Shown here one piece after another: positions 18,733 through 28,384 of a DNA stretch of 64,000 bases. Source of the stretch: a virus. The stretch's first letter is position 1. Every line of letters begins with the position of its first letter. The translations under genes and the position numbers were made by a program. Location of the stretch: IMG/VR virus record IMGVR_UViG_3300046167_000873, positions 1 through 64,000 of that record. One strand, given 5' to 3'. The notes under the pieces are model-generated. The model had not been told where the DNA came from, did no database searches, and saw only the letters and a list, made by a program, of their open reading frames with translations.

Positions 18733-18820
18733 ACTATTTTCCTTTCTCACTTGGTTGGTTAACTGCATTTGATGGAACAATTATATAGCAGCTCTTTTGA
18801 GAAGTAAACACTTTTTTTTA
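18733..18820 (-). promoter_or_regulatory. early promoter/leader cassette, copy 5 (diverged)
   Basis: GTTTACT-17-TATAAT, GTTCCATCAAATGCAGTTAACC. Confidence 0.8.
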
Positions 18821-18842
18821 AAAAAATATGCGCGAAAAGAGG

Positions 18843-18871
18843 TTTACTTTTAAGGAGAAACATCTTATAAT
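18843..18871 (+). promoter_or_regulatory. sigma70-like promoter on the plus strand (antisense)
   Basis: TTTACT (18843-48), 17 bp, TATAAT (18866-71). Confidence 0.6.
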
Positions 18872-18907
18872 AAATTAGGTGTTTTTATTTTTTTTTTTAA
18901 GACCGTT

Positions 18908-19216
18908 TTAGCAATAATCAGTTTTACGAAATCCAAATTTTTCTACGGCATCAACTGCACCATGGTTTTCACCACCGATATGCCATGTATAATTTTTGCC
19001 GGATCGGCTAGTCGCACCTGAGTCATAGCACTTCCAATCATAGATACGAACAAGGTTTCCAGCGCCGTCGTAAAATTCCCATTCTGTTTCTACTTTATCG
19101 CCGATATCATCAAAATCTTCGTTGTCATAAAACTGTCCGGTCTTATAAGTTGGTTCACCTAAAATCTCAACGATTTGATCATATGTTGCGGTAACGTACC
19201 CTTGTAGACTTGACAT
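18908..19216 (-). CDS. hypothetical early protein, paralog of 18433..18732
   Basis: SSLQGYV.AT...GDKVETEW..IYDWK..WHIGG. Confidence 0.7.
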   Translation of the reverse strand: MSSLQGYVTATYDQIVEILGEPTYKTGQFYDNEDFDDIGDKVETEWEFYDGAGNLVRIYDWKCYDSGATSRSGKNYTWHIGGENHGAVDAVEKFGFRKTDYC

Positions 19217-19250
19217 AATATTTTCTCTCTTCAATTAAGTGGTTAACTTT
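19217..19250 (-). promoter_or_regulatory. truncated cassette (leader 3' half plus SD, no promoter)
   Basis: AAGTTAACCACTTAATTGAAGAGAGAAAATATT directly after the upstream stop. Confidence 0.7.
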
Positions 19251-19251
19251 A

Positions 19252-19935
19252 TTATGCTGCTTTCGAGTCCATCTCAACGACTTCAGCCATTTTGTTGACG
19301 ATGAGATTCTTAACACGATCCATGCTGACTCGCTCATGCCACTGATTGAATACTCGCACTGTAGAATCTACGCGGTGGCATTTAAAAGTGACAGATGATT
19401 GCTTACCTCGGTGACGCAAGGTAATTGAAACACGTTCGCCATTCTTCGCTAAGCGACGCATTTGATTAACAAGTATATCAGCATCTTTCTTAGAGAAAGA
19501 AGTGTCGTTATCGTATAATTCCTGCTCACGAGCTTGGTGACGCTTCCTATCAATTTCGTGCTGTTCAAGTCTAGCTAACACGACCTCTGCCATACGCATT
19601 TCATTTTCTTGACATGATTCAACAAAGGAACACGCATTCTCTAGCAACTTAGCAAAGCATCGCTGTGTTTCAACAATACCTTTACCGTTTTCACCGCCAG
19701 CTGAACGGTTGATGCTGTATTTGAATAGCGGACGACCTGCAAGTTTACGGCTGTTAAAATCTTCGCGGCTGTAAAATTCAATAGACAAGCAGACAGTGAT
19801 GGGGCCGCTAGAACTCCAGAAGTAACGCTCATCCTGAGCTGCAGTTTCTACGAAATCGTATGATTGGTATACTACACGCGACTCATCTTTTGTGATGTTA
19901 TCGATAACGTCTTGTACTGATTTAGGGTTTTGCAT
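19252..19935 (-). CDS. hypothetical early protein
   Basis: ATG after the cassette SD. Confidence 0.7.
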   Translation of the reverse strand: MQNPKSVQDVIDNITKDESRVVYQSYDFVETAAQDERYFWSSSGPITVCLSIEFYSREDFNSRKLAGRPLFKYSINRSAGGENGKGIVETQRCFAKLLENACSFVESCQENEMRMAEVVLARLEQHEIDRKRHQAREQELYDNDTSFSKKDADILVNQMRRLAKNGERVSITLRHRGKQSSVTFKCHRVDSTVRVFNQWHERVSMDRVKNLIVNKMAEVVEMDSKAA

Positions 19936-20020
19936 AATATTTTCTCTCTTCAATCAAGGGTTAACTTCATTTGATGGAACCATTATAGAGCAGTTCTTCT
20001 CAAAAGTAAACACTTTTTTG
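19936..20020 (-). promoter_or_regulatory. early promoter/leader cassette, copy 6
   Basis: Same motif set. Confidence 0.85.
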
Positions 20021-20143
20021 TCATTTTTTTTTCAATCATTCTTAACGTTATTTTCCATGTGCTCTAACAGTTGTATTGCTTGCGATTGATAGTATAACAC
20101 CCAAAAGGTTGGATGAAAGAATGGTATGATCAACGGTGCCATA

Positions 20144-20329
20144 TTAACCCTCCTTGATTGCCTTTAGACTGCATTTATTAGTGTGCATGTCATTAACTTC
20201 GCCGCACTCTAAACATTTTTTCCCACCTTTATATCCGAAGATACGGTGATAGTTTTCTTCCCATGTCGTTCGATCAACAATAGAAGGACGCCTTGCTGAA
20301 CCTTTACCGCCTGTACTTTGACTACTCAT
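20144..20329 (-). CDS. small hypothetical protein with C-terminal Zn-ribbon-like CxxC
   Basis: GGKGSARRP; CLECG..H...C. Confidence 0.6.
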   Translation of the reverse strand: MSSQSTGGKGSARRPSIVDRTTWEENYHRIFGYKGGKKCLECGEVNDMHTNKCSLKAIKEG

Positions 20330-20523
20330 GATTTCTCCGCATCTCTAAAAAGTTTTGCCGCTTGATCCGTTGTAAGGTGATATCGCTTGTATTTCGAGTT
20401 CCATTTAAGCTCTTTCCATTGAGACTCATCTTCCCAGTTTAGGTTTTCACTGGTTCTTTTCTGGATACTCGTGCCTTCCCTATCGTCTTGACTTATTACT
20501 ACGTGGTTGTCATAATGTTTCAT
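20326..20523 (-). CDS. hypothetical protein
   Basis: ORF with GGAG SD. Confidence 0.55.
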   Translation of the reverse strand: MKHYDNHVVISQDDREGTSIQKRTSENLNWEDESQWKELKWNSKYKRYHLTTDQAAKLFRDAEKS

Positions 20524-20537
20524 ATTATATCTCCGTT

Positions 20538-20762
20538 TTAATCGTTCTCACTTATATTGCCGGTCTTGGTATATGTATTGAACCACGCGGCGCCAGCTCC
20601 CACAATCGTACCGATAAGACCCATCTGCTCAACAGTTGGCGCCTCAAGTGCCATAAACCACATCGTGCTATTGTATAGCAAAACCATATAAACTGTTATA
20701 AAAATTCTAGGAAATACTCTCCATGAATTTACTGCTGTTGCTAAGTCTCTTTCGCCTTTCAT
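20538..20762 (-). CDS. small two-TM membrane protein
   Basis: WRVFPR followed by two TM helices. Confidence 0.65.
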   Translation of the reverse strand: MKGERDLATAVNSWRVFPRIFITVYMVLLYNSTMWFMALEAPTVEQMGLIGTIVGAGAAWFNTYTKTGNISEND

Positions 20763-20765
20763 AAG

Positions 20766-21314
20766 TCACCATTTAGTCTTTGTTGATTTACAATACGCAT
20801 TGCCACTGCTTACATACTCTAAATTCACGCAAATTCTCCATGATGTATCTTTTTGGGGTAGTGGTCTATGTATCATCCAACCCGGAAAAAGGTAAAGATA
20901 ATTTTCATACACCTTTATTGTATGCAGACCACAACACTCCACCTCTAACTCGCCACCTTCTTGTGGTAAATCTATATATGTGACTGCATTGATTGTTGAT
21001 GAATTAATATGATTATGGTATTCGCTGACAAAAGTTTTGTCTGTTTGACAATAAATATATGGTAACTTTTCAGCTTTTATGTTTTCGCCAACGTCAAACT
21101 CTCTTTGAACAATTCTTTCGAACTCTGACATAATTGGTACTGAGTATTCAGCATTCTTATATGCAGTGTTGTTTCCATATGGAGTTTTATTTTCTAGGTA
21201 TACTTTAAAAACATCAATCATATCGGCTTTAAAAAGCTGATTGTGTTCTTCAAAGTCAAATGGAACAGCAATAAAATATTGCTGAGCAAAATCTTTACTC
21301 GGGTACATCATCAA
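20766..21314 (-). CDS. 2OG-Fe(II) oxygenase-like protein
   Basis: YHNH, GGELE, LFPGWMIH, R.C.N. Confidence 0.7.
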   Translation of the reverse strand: MMMYPSKDFAQQYFIAVPFDFEEHNQLFKADMIDVFKVYLENKTPYGNNTAYKNAEYSVPIMSEFERIVQREFDVGENIKAEKLPYIYCQTDKTFVSEYHNHINSSTINAVTYIDLPQEGGELEVECCGLHTIKVYENYLYLFPGWMIHRPLPQKDTSWRICVNLEYVSSGNAYCKSTKTKW

Positions 21315-22776
21315 GTATATAATTTTTATGGTTTAAGTAAGATACTTCACCCCAATTTATCTTCTTAGAGCCACCCAATGCCGCCTGGTAATAAAAAACA
21401 AGTCCCTCTATATCTGATACTTCCATGCCATCAATCCATGGACCACCATGCGTATAGTGTACACTGTGGCTTCTTTCAATATCAGTTATATCAGAATACC
21501 CTTCTGTCCAAACATATTTATTTGGGATTGCATCAACACTACTTGCCCACTTAAATTGATGCAGATATTGACCGTCACAAGTATTAATAATATCAGGAGT
21601 CAGTTTTTTACAATCTGGATGAGCATTGTTGAATACCATCATGCTTGACCAGAGTTTTTTGTCATATGATGTATTTTTTAACCCGCCCATCTTTTCTGCT
21701 TTGCTTTCTTTAAAGTCGTGTTTAACACATGCGACAGGACTATCTGGTGATACAAAATAAAACAGATCTAAGATTGAATTCTTGAAAACAAAATCATCAT
21801 CTACAAAAACGCTTATCCCTTCATAGTTCGATAGATAAGGCACTAAGAACCTTGAATAAGTGAATTCAGTTGATTGCTCTGCATATTCTCTTGTATATTC
21901 TGGTATTTTAGATATATCAATCCTGTTGATTTGGAAATAGTTTTCTGCTTTTTCTACATCAACACCGTGAATTTCAGAGAATTGTTGAAGAATACTACGA
22001 GCACAGACTTCAGAGCAATCCCCATGGGTGCTATCGTATCCAATAAAGATACGGAGCGGCTGATCAAACATTATACTTGATTTCTCTGACCATTCTACGA
22101 TATCATTATCCAACGACATTAGTTTAGATTCTTCATGCTGATTAGCAATATCTGGAATGCCATACGACAAGTATCTATGCCAGTCAACAGACAAATTCCT
22201 TGGTCCTTTATACATCTCTTTTATTTCTTCCCATCCTATTTTAGGATAGTCTGCAAATTCATAGAAAAGATCATAGACAATACAATCAGGATTTTGATCT
22301 AACATAAAAGACGCAGCGCTACGACAACCACCAGGATGGAACTGCGCAGTGGTTGCATGACCATGATTAAGTATTACTAAAGGAGGATCACGAAGCTCTT
22401 CTCTTTGTAACTCATGAATAAGCCAATGCATTTTTGTTATTTTACGCAATTGACCATCTGTTTCATATTCAAGAGGGGTTTGCTTATCAGGGTGTTGTAG
22501 TGTTGGCTTAGAACCAAACGCAATATAGCTTTGATCAGGAAGATTAGCTTGATGATTTTTAAAGTTATACAAAATTAGATCACGGGCTGCTGCGGTCTGA
22601 CCAGAGCAACCAGCATCAAGCTTTTCTATCAGTTCTTTAAGAGGAACTTTCCTAACGTGCTTTATATCATGATAGAATTTTTTAATATCAAAATTAATTT
22701 CATCATGTGACCCTCTCTTTTTTTCTTGAAAGAAGGTAATATATTTGTTTGGTGTTTCATCGTTATCAAAATGCAT
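21295..22776 (-). CDS. two-domain protein: unknown N-terminus plus GT8-like glycosyltransferase
   Basis: IFIGYDS, STEFTYSRFLVP, FVDDDF (DxD), KLWSSMMVFN, HYTHGGPW. Confidence 0.75.
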   Translation of the reverse strand: MHFDNDETPNKYITFFQEKKRGSHDEINFDIKKFYHDIKHVRKVPLKELIEKLDAGCSGQTAAARDLILYNFKNHQANLPDQSYIAFGSKPTLQHPDKQTPLEYETDGQLRKITKMHWLIHELQREELRDPPLVILNHGHATTAQFHPGGCRSAASFMLDQNPDCIVYDLFYEFADYPKIGWEEIKEMYKGPRNLSVDWHRYLSYGIPDIANQHEESKLMSLDNDIVEWSEKSSIMFDQPLRIFIGYDSTHGDCSEVCARSILQQFSEIHGVDVEKAENYFQINRIDISKIPEYTREYAEQSTEFTYSRFLVPYLSNYEGISVFVDDDFVFKNSILDLFYFVSPDSPVACVKHDFKESKAEKMGGLKNTSYDKKLWSSMMVFNNAHPDCKKLTPDIINTCDGQYLHQFKWASSVDAIPNKYVWTEGYSDITDIERSHSVHYTHGGPWIDGMEVSDIEGLVFYYQAALGGSKKINWGEVSYLNHKNYILDDVPE

Positions 22777-23052
22777 TTATACAACAATACCTGAGGTTGC
22801 TTGAATCCATACTTTTTCAATAGTTGGTTCTGTTTTTTGCATAAAAATAATATGACTACCATTAATAGTAACTTTATTAGGATTGCGTTCACCAGACATA
22901 CAGATAGCAGGTGCAAATTCTGCGCCTTTTTCAGATACTACAAGTGTGCGTGGGCTTCCGATACGATATTCGTCGTTATCAAAACTTTCAAGGCGACCAA
23001 TAATTTCTCCTACAACTGTTACGACTGTGATTACTTCACCGAGTTTAGCCAT
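22777..23052 (-). CDS. Sm-like conserved phage protein
   Basis: TV.GEIIGR...P..L; typical regA neighbour. Confidence 0.55.
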   Translation of the reverse strand: MAKLGEVITVVTVVGEIIGRLESFDNDEYRIGSPRTLVVSEKGAEFAPAICMSGERNPNKVTINGSHIIFMQKTEPTIEKVWIQATSGIVV

Positions 23053-23054
23053 TT

Positions 23055-23261
23055 CTATTCTCCATAGTATTTTACATGAGGTTGATCACAGTCTTCAACG
23101 GTTCCATCTTCTAAAGATACGAAGTTTATGTAGCCTGCCGGTTCACGTGATTTGTATTCGTTCTTTTCTATATCTAACAAAGGTACTATGTTGCCAATCA
23201 TATTTCTATACCACTTCATTCCATCTTTACAGCTATTAATTCTCAATACTTTTACATTCAT
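23055..23261 (-). CDS. hypothetical protein
   Basis: ORF with GAGG SD. Confidence 0.55.
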   Translation of the reverse strand: MNVKVLRINSCKDGMKWYRNMIGNIVPLLDIEKNEYKSREPAGYINFVSLEDGTVEDCDQPHVKYYGE

Positions 23262-23279
23262 AATAAATCCCTCACATAA

Positions 23280-23678
23280 TTATAATTTCTTTCCAATGTT
23301 GTACTTAGCAACTAATTCCCAGTCAGCTTTATCTTTATGAGATATGATTTTGATTTGCCCTGTAGGAGCTGATTCAGCGGCGACAATATCGCTGTTTACA
23401 ACCTCAAGTAAATCCCATTCTGCAAGCAATCTAACGATAGCGTTTCTTCGTCCGCGATCTTCTTCAGAAAAATTACTAGGCTTACCGTCAAGCGCAAATA
23501 ACTCTTTGAAGTGCACGATATAATATTTACCGCGCTTGTGCAGAATATGACACGATTGGTATAGCTTCTTTGTTTTCGGACTAGCAATACCAATACGAGT
23601 AAGGGTCTCTTTGATCTTTAAAAAATCATCATCTTCTATTAATGTTATTTCAACAAGTGAATCTACAATGTTATCCAT
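23280..23678 (-). CDS. regA: translational repressor RegA
   Basis: DDFLKIKETLTRIGIAS, LYQSCHILHKRGKYYIVHFKELF. Confidence 0.97.
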   Translation of the reverse strand: MDNIVDSLVEITLIEDDDFLKIKETLTRIGIASPKTKKLYQSCHILHKRGKYYIVHFKELFALDGKPSNFSEEDRGRRNAIVRLLAEWDLLEVVNSDIVAAESAPTGQIKIISHKDKADWELVAKYNIGKKL

Positions 23679-23679
23679 G

Positions 23680-24057
23680 TTAACCGCCTTTTTCCAAGCT
23701 AGTTTTTATTATTTTAATTTGATCTGAAGAAAGTATTGATATTGCTTGAACTGCTTGACTATTACTATATCCATAGTATTCCTTTACAGCTTCAACATCA
23801 CTATCATCTTCTTTTTTAAACCATTTGGAAAATCTTTTCCTTGGCCTGATGGTACTTATTAAAAAATCATATTGGAGTTTTGGGTCTAAATCACGGCATA
23901 TATTCATTTGGTTGGCATACATGATCGTATCTTGAAAGTATGAAAGGCCACGATTCATAAGAAAAGGCTTGTAATCTTTCTCAAGACCAGGATCTTCGGC
24001 AATGAGGTTTTTCTTTGATGTATTGATACTATTTAAAAAATCAAATGGGCTCGTCAT
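23680..24057 (-). CDS. gp62: clamp loader small subunit
   Basis: PFDFLNSIN, PFLMNRGLS, KRFSKW, KEYYGYS. Confidence 0.93.
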   Translation of the reverse strand: MTSPFDFLNSINTSKKNLIAEDPGLEKDYKPFLMNRGLSYFQDTIMYANQMNICRDLDPKLQYDFLISTIRPRKRFSKWFKKEDDSDVEAVKEYYGYSNSQAVQAISILSSDQIKIIKTSLEKGG

Positions 24058-24244
24058 GATTAAATCGTTCCTCAACTGCTTCAGTATATTTCTGTTCTAT
24101 TACTTCCATTAGCCTTTCACATTCTTCACACACAGATATTGCATGGTCCCCAACGTAAATAACTGCACACGGTTCAGGGCGTTCATTATTACATTCAGTA
24201 ATTTCACAATGTAATTTTCTATCTTTTTTAAACATAATATCCAC
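24041..24244 (-). CDS. hypothetical Cys-containing protein
   Basis: C...C and CEEC. Confidence 0.5.
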   Translation of the reverse strand: MDIMFKKDRKLHCEITECNNERPEPCAVIYVGDHAISVCEECERLMEVIEQKYTEAVEERFNHDEPI

Positions 24245-24247
24245 CTT

Positions 24248-24535
24248 TTACCATATATCAGATTTAGATAAAGACCAACTATTTTGTATGGTTGGATACA
24301 TTTCTAAGTGAACCATAAGCAAAGACTGTAGTTCATTGATAACATCGAATTCAAACCCCTGTCTTGTTCCTCGCGCTGTATAATCATAGCTAACACATTC
24401 TGTTAGTTTATCTAGACAGTCTTGTGATCCCCAGAGAAAGCATATCTTAGAGGACAATTCTGGGTGTTTTATATCTACTAATGATTCTTCGACACCAAGA
24501 TAATCAGCTACAGTTTTAGGATTAAGAAAATTCAC
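24248..24535 (-). CDS. hypothetical protein
   Basis: LWGS..C, TRQGF..DV..EL. Confidence 0.55.
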   Translation of the reverse strand: MNFLNPKTVADYLGVEESLVDIKHPELSSKICFLWGSQDCLDKLTECVSYDYTARGTRQGFEFDVINELQSLLMVHLEMYPTIQNSWSLSKSDIW

Positions 24536-25462
24536 AGTTTGCCATAATCTCTGTTAGGCATGCAGTAATATTTATCTCTTGATCTGCAACAAATGCCGTC
24601 TTGTATTGATACTCAGATAATATCAGAATAAGTTGTGGAACAGAGTTTGGTTTTAAAAAACCTGAGCATTTATCATACAGCTTTCTAAATAAGGCGGTAG
24701 GGTCGCTGTCAGAGTTAAATGCAATCCATTTTCTTACTTCTGTAAAATCTTTATCTTTCAGCTTTTGTACGAGATTATCAAAATTCTCTTCACTGAGATT
24801 TGCAAGGATTCCGTTATCAATAATACCTGTCGCTGAGTAACGTTGTAACTCATTGATAATGCCGGCGGTTATCAGGAAAGTATTTTTTAACAAACTCGGC
24901 AACAGGCCCCGTTTACGTATTCTACGTTCTCTGCTTTAAGTATACCACATATTGATGTAAACACGTCCTTTGCAACTTGAGACTTCTGCTCTTTAGATAT
25001 CGTGAAATCTATAACGCTACAACGAGAATGAAGTGGTTCAATAATCCTATTCTTGAAGTTACACGTAAGAATGAATCCACAGTTTGCAGAGTATTCTTCC
25101 ATGAAGTTACGAAGAGCTGGTTGTGTAGAGTTTGCGTTGAGGTAGTCAGCCTCATCAAGAATGACATACTTACGACCACCTTGCAATGATACCGATGATG
25201 CGAACTGCATAATCTCATTGCGAAGTGTATCGATGTTGCCGTTCATAGAACCGTTGATGACTATATAGTCAGATCCTAGTTCTTCACACATTGCTTTGGC
25301 GACTGTTGTCTTACCAACACCTGGACCACCACTAAGGATGAGGTTTGGTACATTGCCGCTGTCGACAAACTTTTGAAAGGTAGCTTTAAGTTGTGATGTT
25401 AAAGCACAGTCTATAATTCGCTTGGGCCGATACCGCTCCACCCACAAGAAATCTTCACGCAT
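24522..25462 (-). CDS. gp44: clamp loader large subunit (AAA+); two apparent frameshifts near 24910 and 24863
   Basis: LWVERYRP, GPGVGKTT, ILDEADYL, PLHSRC; middle segment GPVAEFVKKYFPDNRR lies in a third frame; C-terminal INELQRYS...ADQEIN. Confidence 0.93.
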
Positions 25463-25554
25463 AATATATCCTTCATATAATATTAAAAACCCAATTAGTT
25501 GTGACCCCGAAACCCTTCGTCATCAACTTAGCCCCATGCGGGGTCCCTCTATTT

Positions 25555-26211
25555 TTAAAAGCTGGAATTACTATCTAAGCTAATCCAATATTCTATATCA
25601 TCTGACTTAAAGTGCGCAAGCCCTTTTGCAGATATTGTAACATCATAATCAGCAGGAATAATCTTTAAGTTTTCAGTTTTAAAGATCGCTTCGAAACCAT
25701 CCATTGCTGTATTGTCCCCGATTTCGATATCATATTTATCCGCTGATGGATTTTTAGTATCAGTTGCACGAAGCCATATTTTACCGCCTTGGCCTGCTAC
25801 AACAAAATCAGGAAGAGACATTACACCCAATGCTTTCATCACTTCAACAAACTGATCTTGTGGCAATTTAAAAGATACGTCAGCTTCCATTACAATCTCA
25901 CGATCAGGAGGAGTAATGATAGTAGACTCACTTGCGTAAGTATAACCTACTGTGCGACCATCTGATCGGATAGTCAAACCTGTTTCTTCGAATTCAAAAC
26001 TTGGATCTTCAAACAAACTTAATACACCAAGAAACCTTGATAGATCGTATATAGAGAACGTCTGAGGGATCACGTTATCTAAATTAGCCTTTGCCATCAT
26101 GGTTTTATTAGGTGAGATTGTTTTAATCACTGAGCCTTCGTCAAACTTAAGAGAAGGATTGATGTGAGAAAAGTTCTTTAGGATCTGCACTGTTCGTGGT
26201 GATAGTTTCAT
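25555..26211 (-). CDS. gp45: sliding clamp
   Basis: LKNFSHIN, F.IYDL..FL, FK.ENLK...DY.V.IS. Confidence 0.95.
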   Translation of the reverse strand: MKLSPRTVQILKNFSHINPSLKFDEGSVIKTISPNKTMMAKANLDNVIPQTFSIYDLSRFLGVLSLFEDPSFEFEETGLTIRSDGRTVGYTYASESTIITPPDREIVMEADVSFKLPQDQFVEVMKALGVMSLPDFVVAGQGGKIWLRATDTKNPSADKYDIEIGDNTAMDGFEAIFKTENLKIIPADYDVTISAKGLAHFKSDDIEYWISLDSNSSF

Positions 26212-26223
26212 AATATAGTTTTC

Positions 26224-27198
26224 CTATTTAAGTGATGATTTCTTATTTAGTTTCTCAGGGTCAGCAGTTGGAGCAGCACCGATTGAAGCAATGTGTGCTA
26301 ACGATCCACCAAATACATATGTACCAACATGCTTTAAACTCATCCATGGACACATCCAAACTTTCATACCAGCCCTCCTTACATTGTAACAAAACATGTA
26401 ATCTTCGGACAAGTATCTATTCGAATATTTTTCTTGATCGATACCACTTCTTTTATCTGATAAGAATGCTATGACATCATCCTTTGTTGCTTCAGGGTTT
26501 TTATCGTAGAACGCTGTAATTTCAGGCAAAAGATTCTGTGTTTTATCATCAATGAGTGCATCGAAGTATGCCATAATTTCACGAGAGCCATCAAAGTTTT
26601 CTGTTCGAATATGATCAGGCCTATAAAGAAATTGTGGATATGTTTCTTGATATTTCTCAAAGGTAGAGCGTTTAATCATCATAAAACCAGTGCCGCCTTC
26701 TGCTACTTCAGCCGGTTCTGCAATTTTAATATGACCTGTTTTGCTTATTGGGTTGAATACGTAATCACCAACAAAATTCTCTAGTTCATTGGGGTTTGTA
26801 TCAGCTGCACCCACATCAACAGCTTGCTTAATCTTTTCCCAAGAAATTGTTTTCTTAGGATAAGGTCCGCACATGACATCATAATCGTCTGGGTTTTGCA
26901 ACATAGAACCAAGTAACGCAATGACATCACGGGGATTAAACATAATATCAGCATCAATAAACATGAGGTGTGTGCAATCACTCCTCATAAACTCATCGAC
27001 ACAATAGTTACGTGCTCGTGTAATCAATGACTCGTTAAAGAGAAAGTAAAACTGTAGTGGGATTTTATATTGCTTACACATAACAGTAAGCTCAGCAAGA
27101 GATCTTGCATACATACCAGCACATTGACCTCCATACATTGGAGTGGCTAGAAATATTTTCTGTTTTTGTAAATCTTCAATTGGTACGTTTATTTCCAT
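26224..27198 (-). CDS. GT-A fold glycosyltransferase-like protein
   Basis: ATPMYGG, NESLITRARN, LMFIDAD (DxD), GTGFMMI, YLSEDY. Confidence 0.75.
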   Translation of the reverse strand: MEINVPIEDLQKQKIFLATPMYGGQCAGMYARSLAELTVMCKQYKIPLQFYFLFNESLITRARNYCVDEFMRSDCTHLMFIDADIMFNPRDVIALLGSMLQNPDDYDVMCGPYPKKTISWEKIKQAVDVGAADTNPNELENFVGDYVFNPISKTGHIKIAEPAEVAEGGTGFMMIKRSTFEKYQETYPQFLYRPDHIRTENFDGSREIMAYFDALIDDKTQNLLPEITAFYDKNPEATKDDVIAFLSDKRSGIDQEKYSNRYLSEDYMFCYNVRRAGMKVWMCPWMSLKHVGTYVFGGSLAHIASIGAAPTADPEKLNKKSSLK

Positions 27199-27258
27199 GT
27201 TACGTGTATCCTCATTTTAATGTTAGCTCACTATACTACGACTATATATCCCTGTAAA

Positions 27259-28380
27259 TTAAAAGAATGCGTTAAGACCAAATTCTTTTTGTATTTCATT
27301 TTCAGGGGTCGGAGTGTAATCAATAAATGGAGCATGTGACCATTCGTATCCTTGCCAATGTGGATACCATGCGCGTGATAAATGTACCGACTTTGGTTTT
27401 TCCATACAATCAAAATCAAGTTCACCTTGTGAATTAATCATCTCACCGATCCACTCATAAAGTTCTACTTTATAGTTGAATGCACTTGACGATTTTTCAA
27501 TTTGCTGCTTAAGATAATTTTTAAAATGTTTTCGAACATTGTTGCGTTCTTCCCATGACCCATAAAATGGAGTATGCTTATACCAACCAGTCTTTGGAAC
27601 TGATCTACTTTCATTTTCAATTGGCAACAATTCATAGATCGTTACTTTGCATCCATAACGCGCAGATAACTCAATAGCTTGTCTTAGATATTCATCGACT
27701 AGATCTTCTACTGCTTTGAATGGATCGGGTTGGCGACATAAATGATGGCGGACATCGATATTACCAAAATATAATTCAATGTTTTCCCATACGTCCCTCT
27801 TTGGTAGAAAACTGTTTAGGCCTTCTTTTAATGCACCATGTAATGTTTTAAATGGAACTGATACGTTTTTCCATTCCGGTCTATACATGCATATTGCGTG
27901 GCTATCACCTATAGAAATATTTTGACCGTTGACAAGATTGTTTGTGCATAATGTTTCTGCATTTTCACACATTCTTTTTAAATTATCCCAATCAGTATTG
28001 TCCCAATCAGGGTTGTACTCGTCGCTCTTTTCAAGCCGTTCTTTCATCATGCCATAATAATCTGGCATATCAATTGCTATCGAATAAACTTTGCCTTTGA
28101 ATTTTGAAAAGTTAACGAAGTTACCGATACCTGCGTAATTCTTTACACCACCAAAAAGATTAATAGAGCCACTCCAATCATTTCCATGATATACATAAAG
28201 CTCATCGTAATCATTGAGCTCCGATTTATACATCGGACCAGCAATATTCATTGTCATCGTGCAACTTCTAGATGCTTGGATTTGATCAGTATAGATGGCG
28301 GCTTGCGCAGCCCTATGACTAGTCATGGCTTTAGAAATCGTATTGAACGGTGAAGATACAATACCTTTTTTCATAATCAT
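27259..28380 (-). CDS. SGNH/GDSL-fold protein
   Basis: IGDSH (block I), FGNID (block III), C-terminal SVH. Confidence 0.55.
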   Translation of the reverse strand: MIMKKGIVSSPFNTISKAMTSHRAAQAAIYTDQIQASRSCTMTMNIAGPMYKSELNDYDELYVYHGNDWSGSINLFGGVKNYAGIGNFVNFSKFKGKVYSIAIDMPDYYGMMKERLEKSDEYNPDWDNTDWDNLKRMCENAETLCTNNLVNGQNISIGDSHAICMYRPEWKNVSVPFKTLHGALKEGLNSFLPKRDVWENIELYFGNIDVRHHLCRQPDPFKAVEDLVDEYLRQAIELSARYGCKVTIYELLPIENESRSVPKTGWYKHTPFYGSWEERNNVRKHFKNYLKQQIEKSSSAFNYKVELYEWIGEMINSQGELDFDCMEKPKSVHLSRAWYPHWQGYEWSHAPFIDYTPTPENEIQKEFGLNAFF

Positions 28381-28384
28381 TATC

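Noticed and set aside
17792-19953. Shared N-terminal peptide MKRENIM as a protein targeting signal
   Set aside because: It is the translation of the repeated SD (TTG AAG AGA GAA AAT ATT ATG); true starts are the following ATG
18011-20020. CRISPR array or IS ends
   Set aside because: Repeats are degenerate, separated by whole genes and contain -35/-10 boxes; no cas or transposase genes
24855-24915. gp44 pseudogene or recoding
   Set aside because: Essential gene with two single-base insertions within ~50 bp in GC-rich runs; consistent with read error
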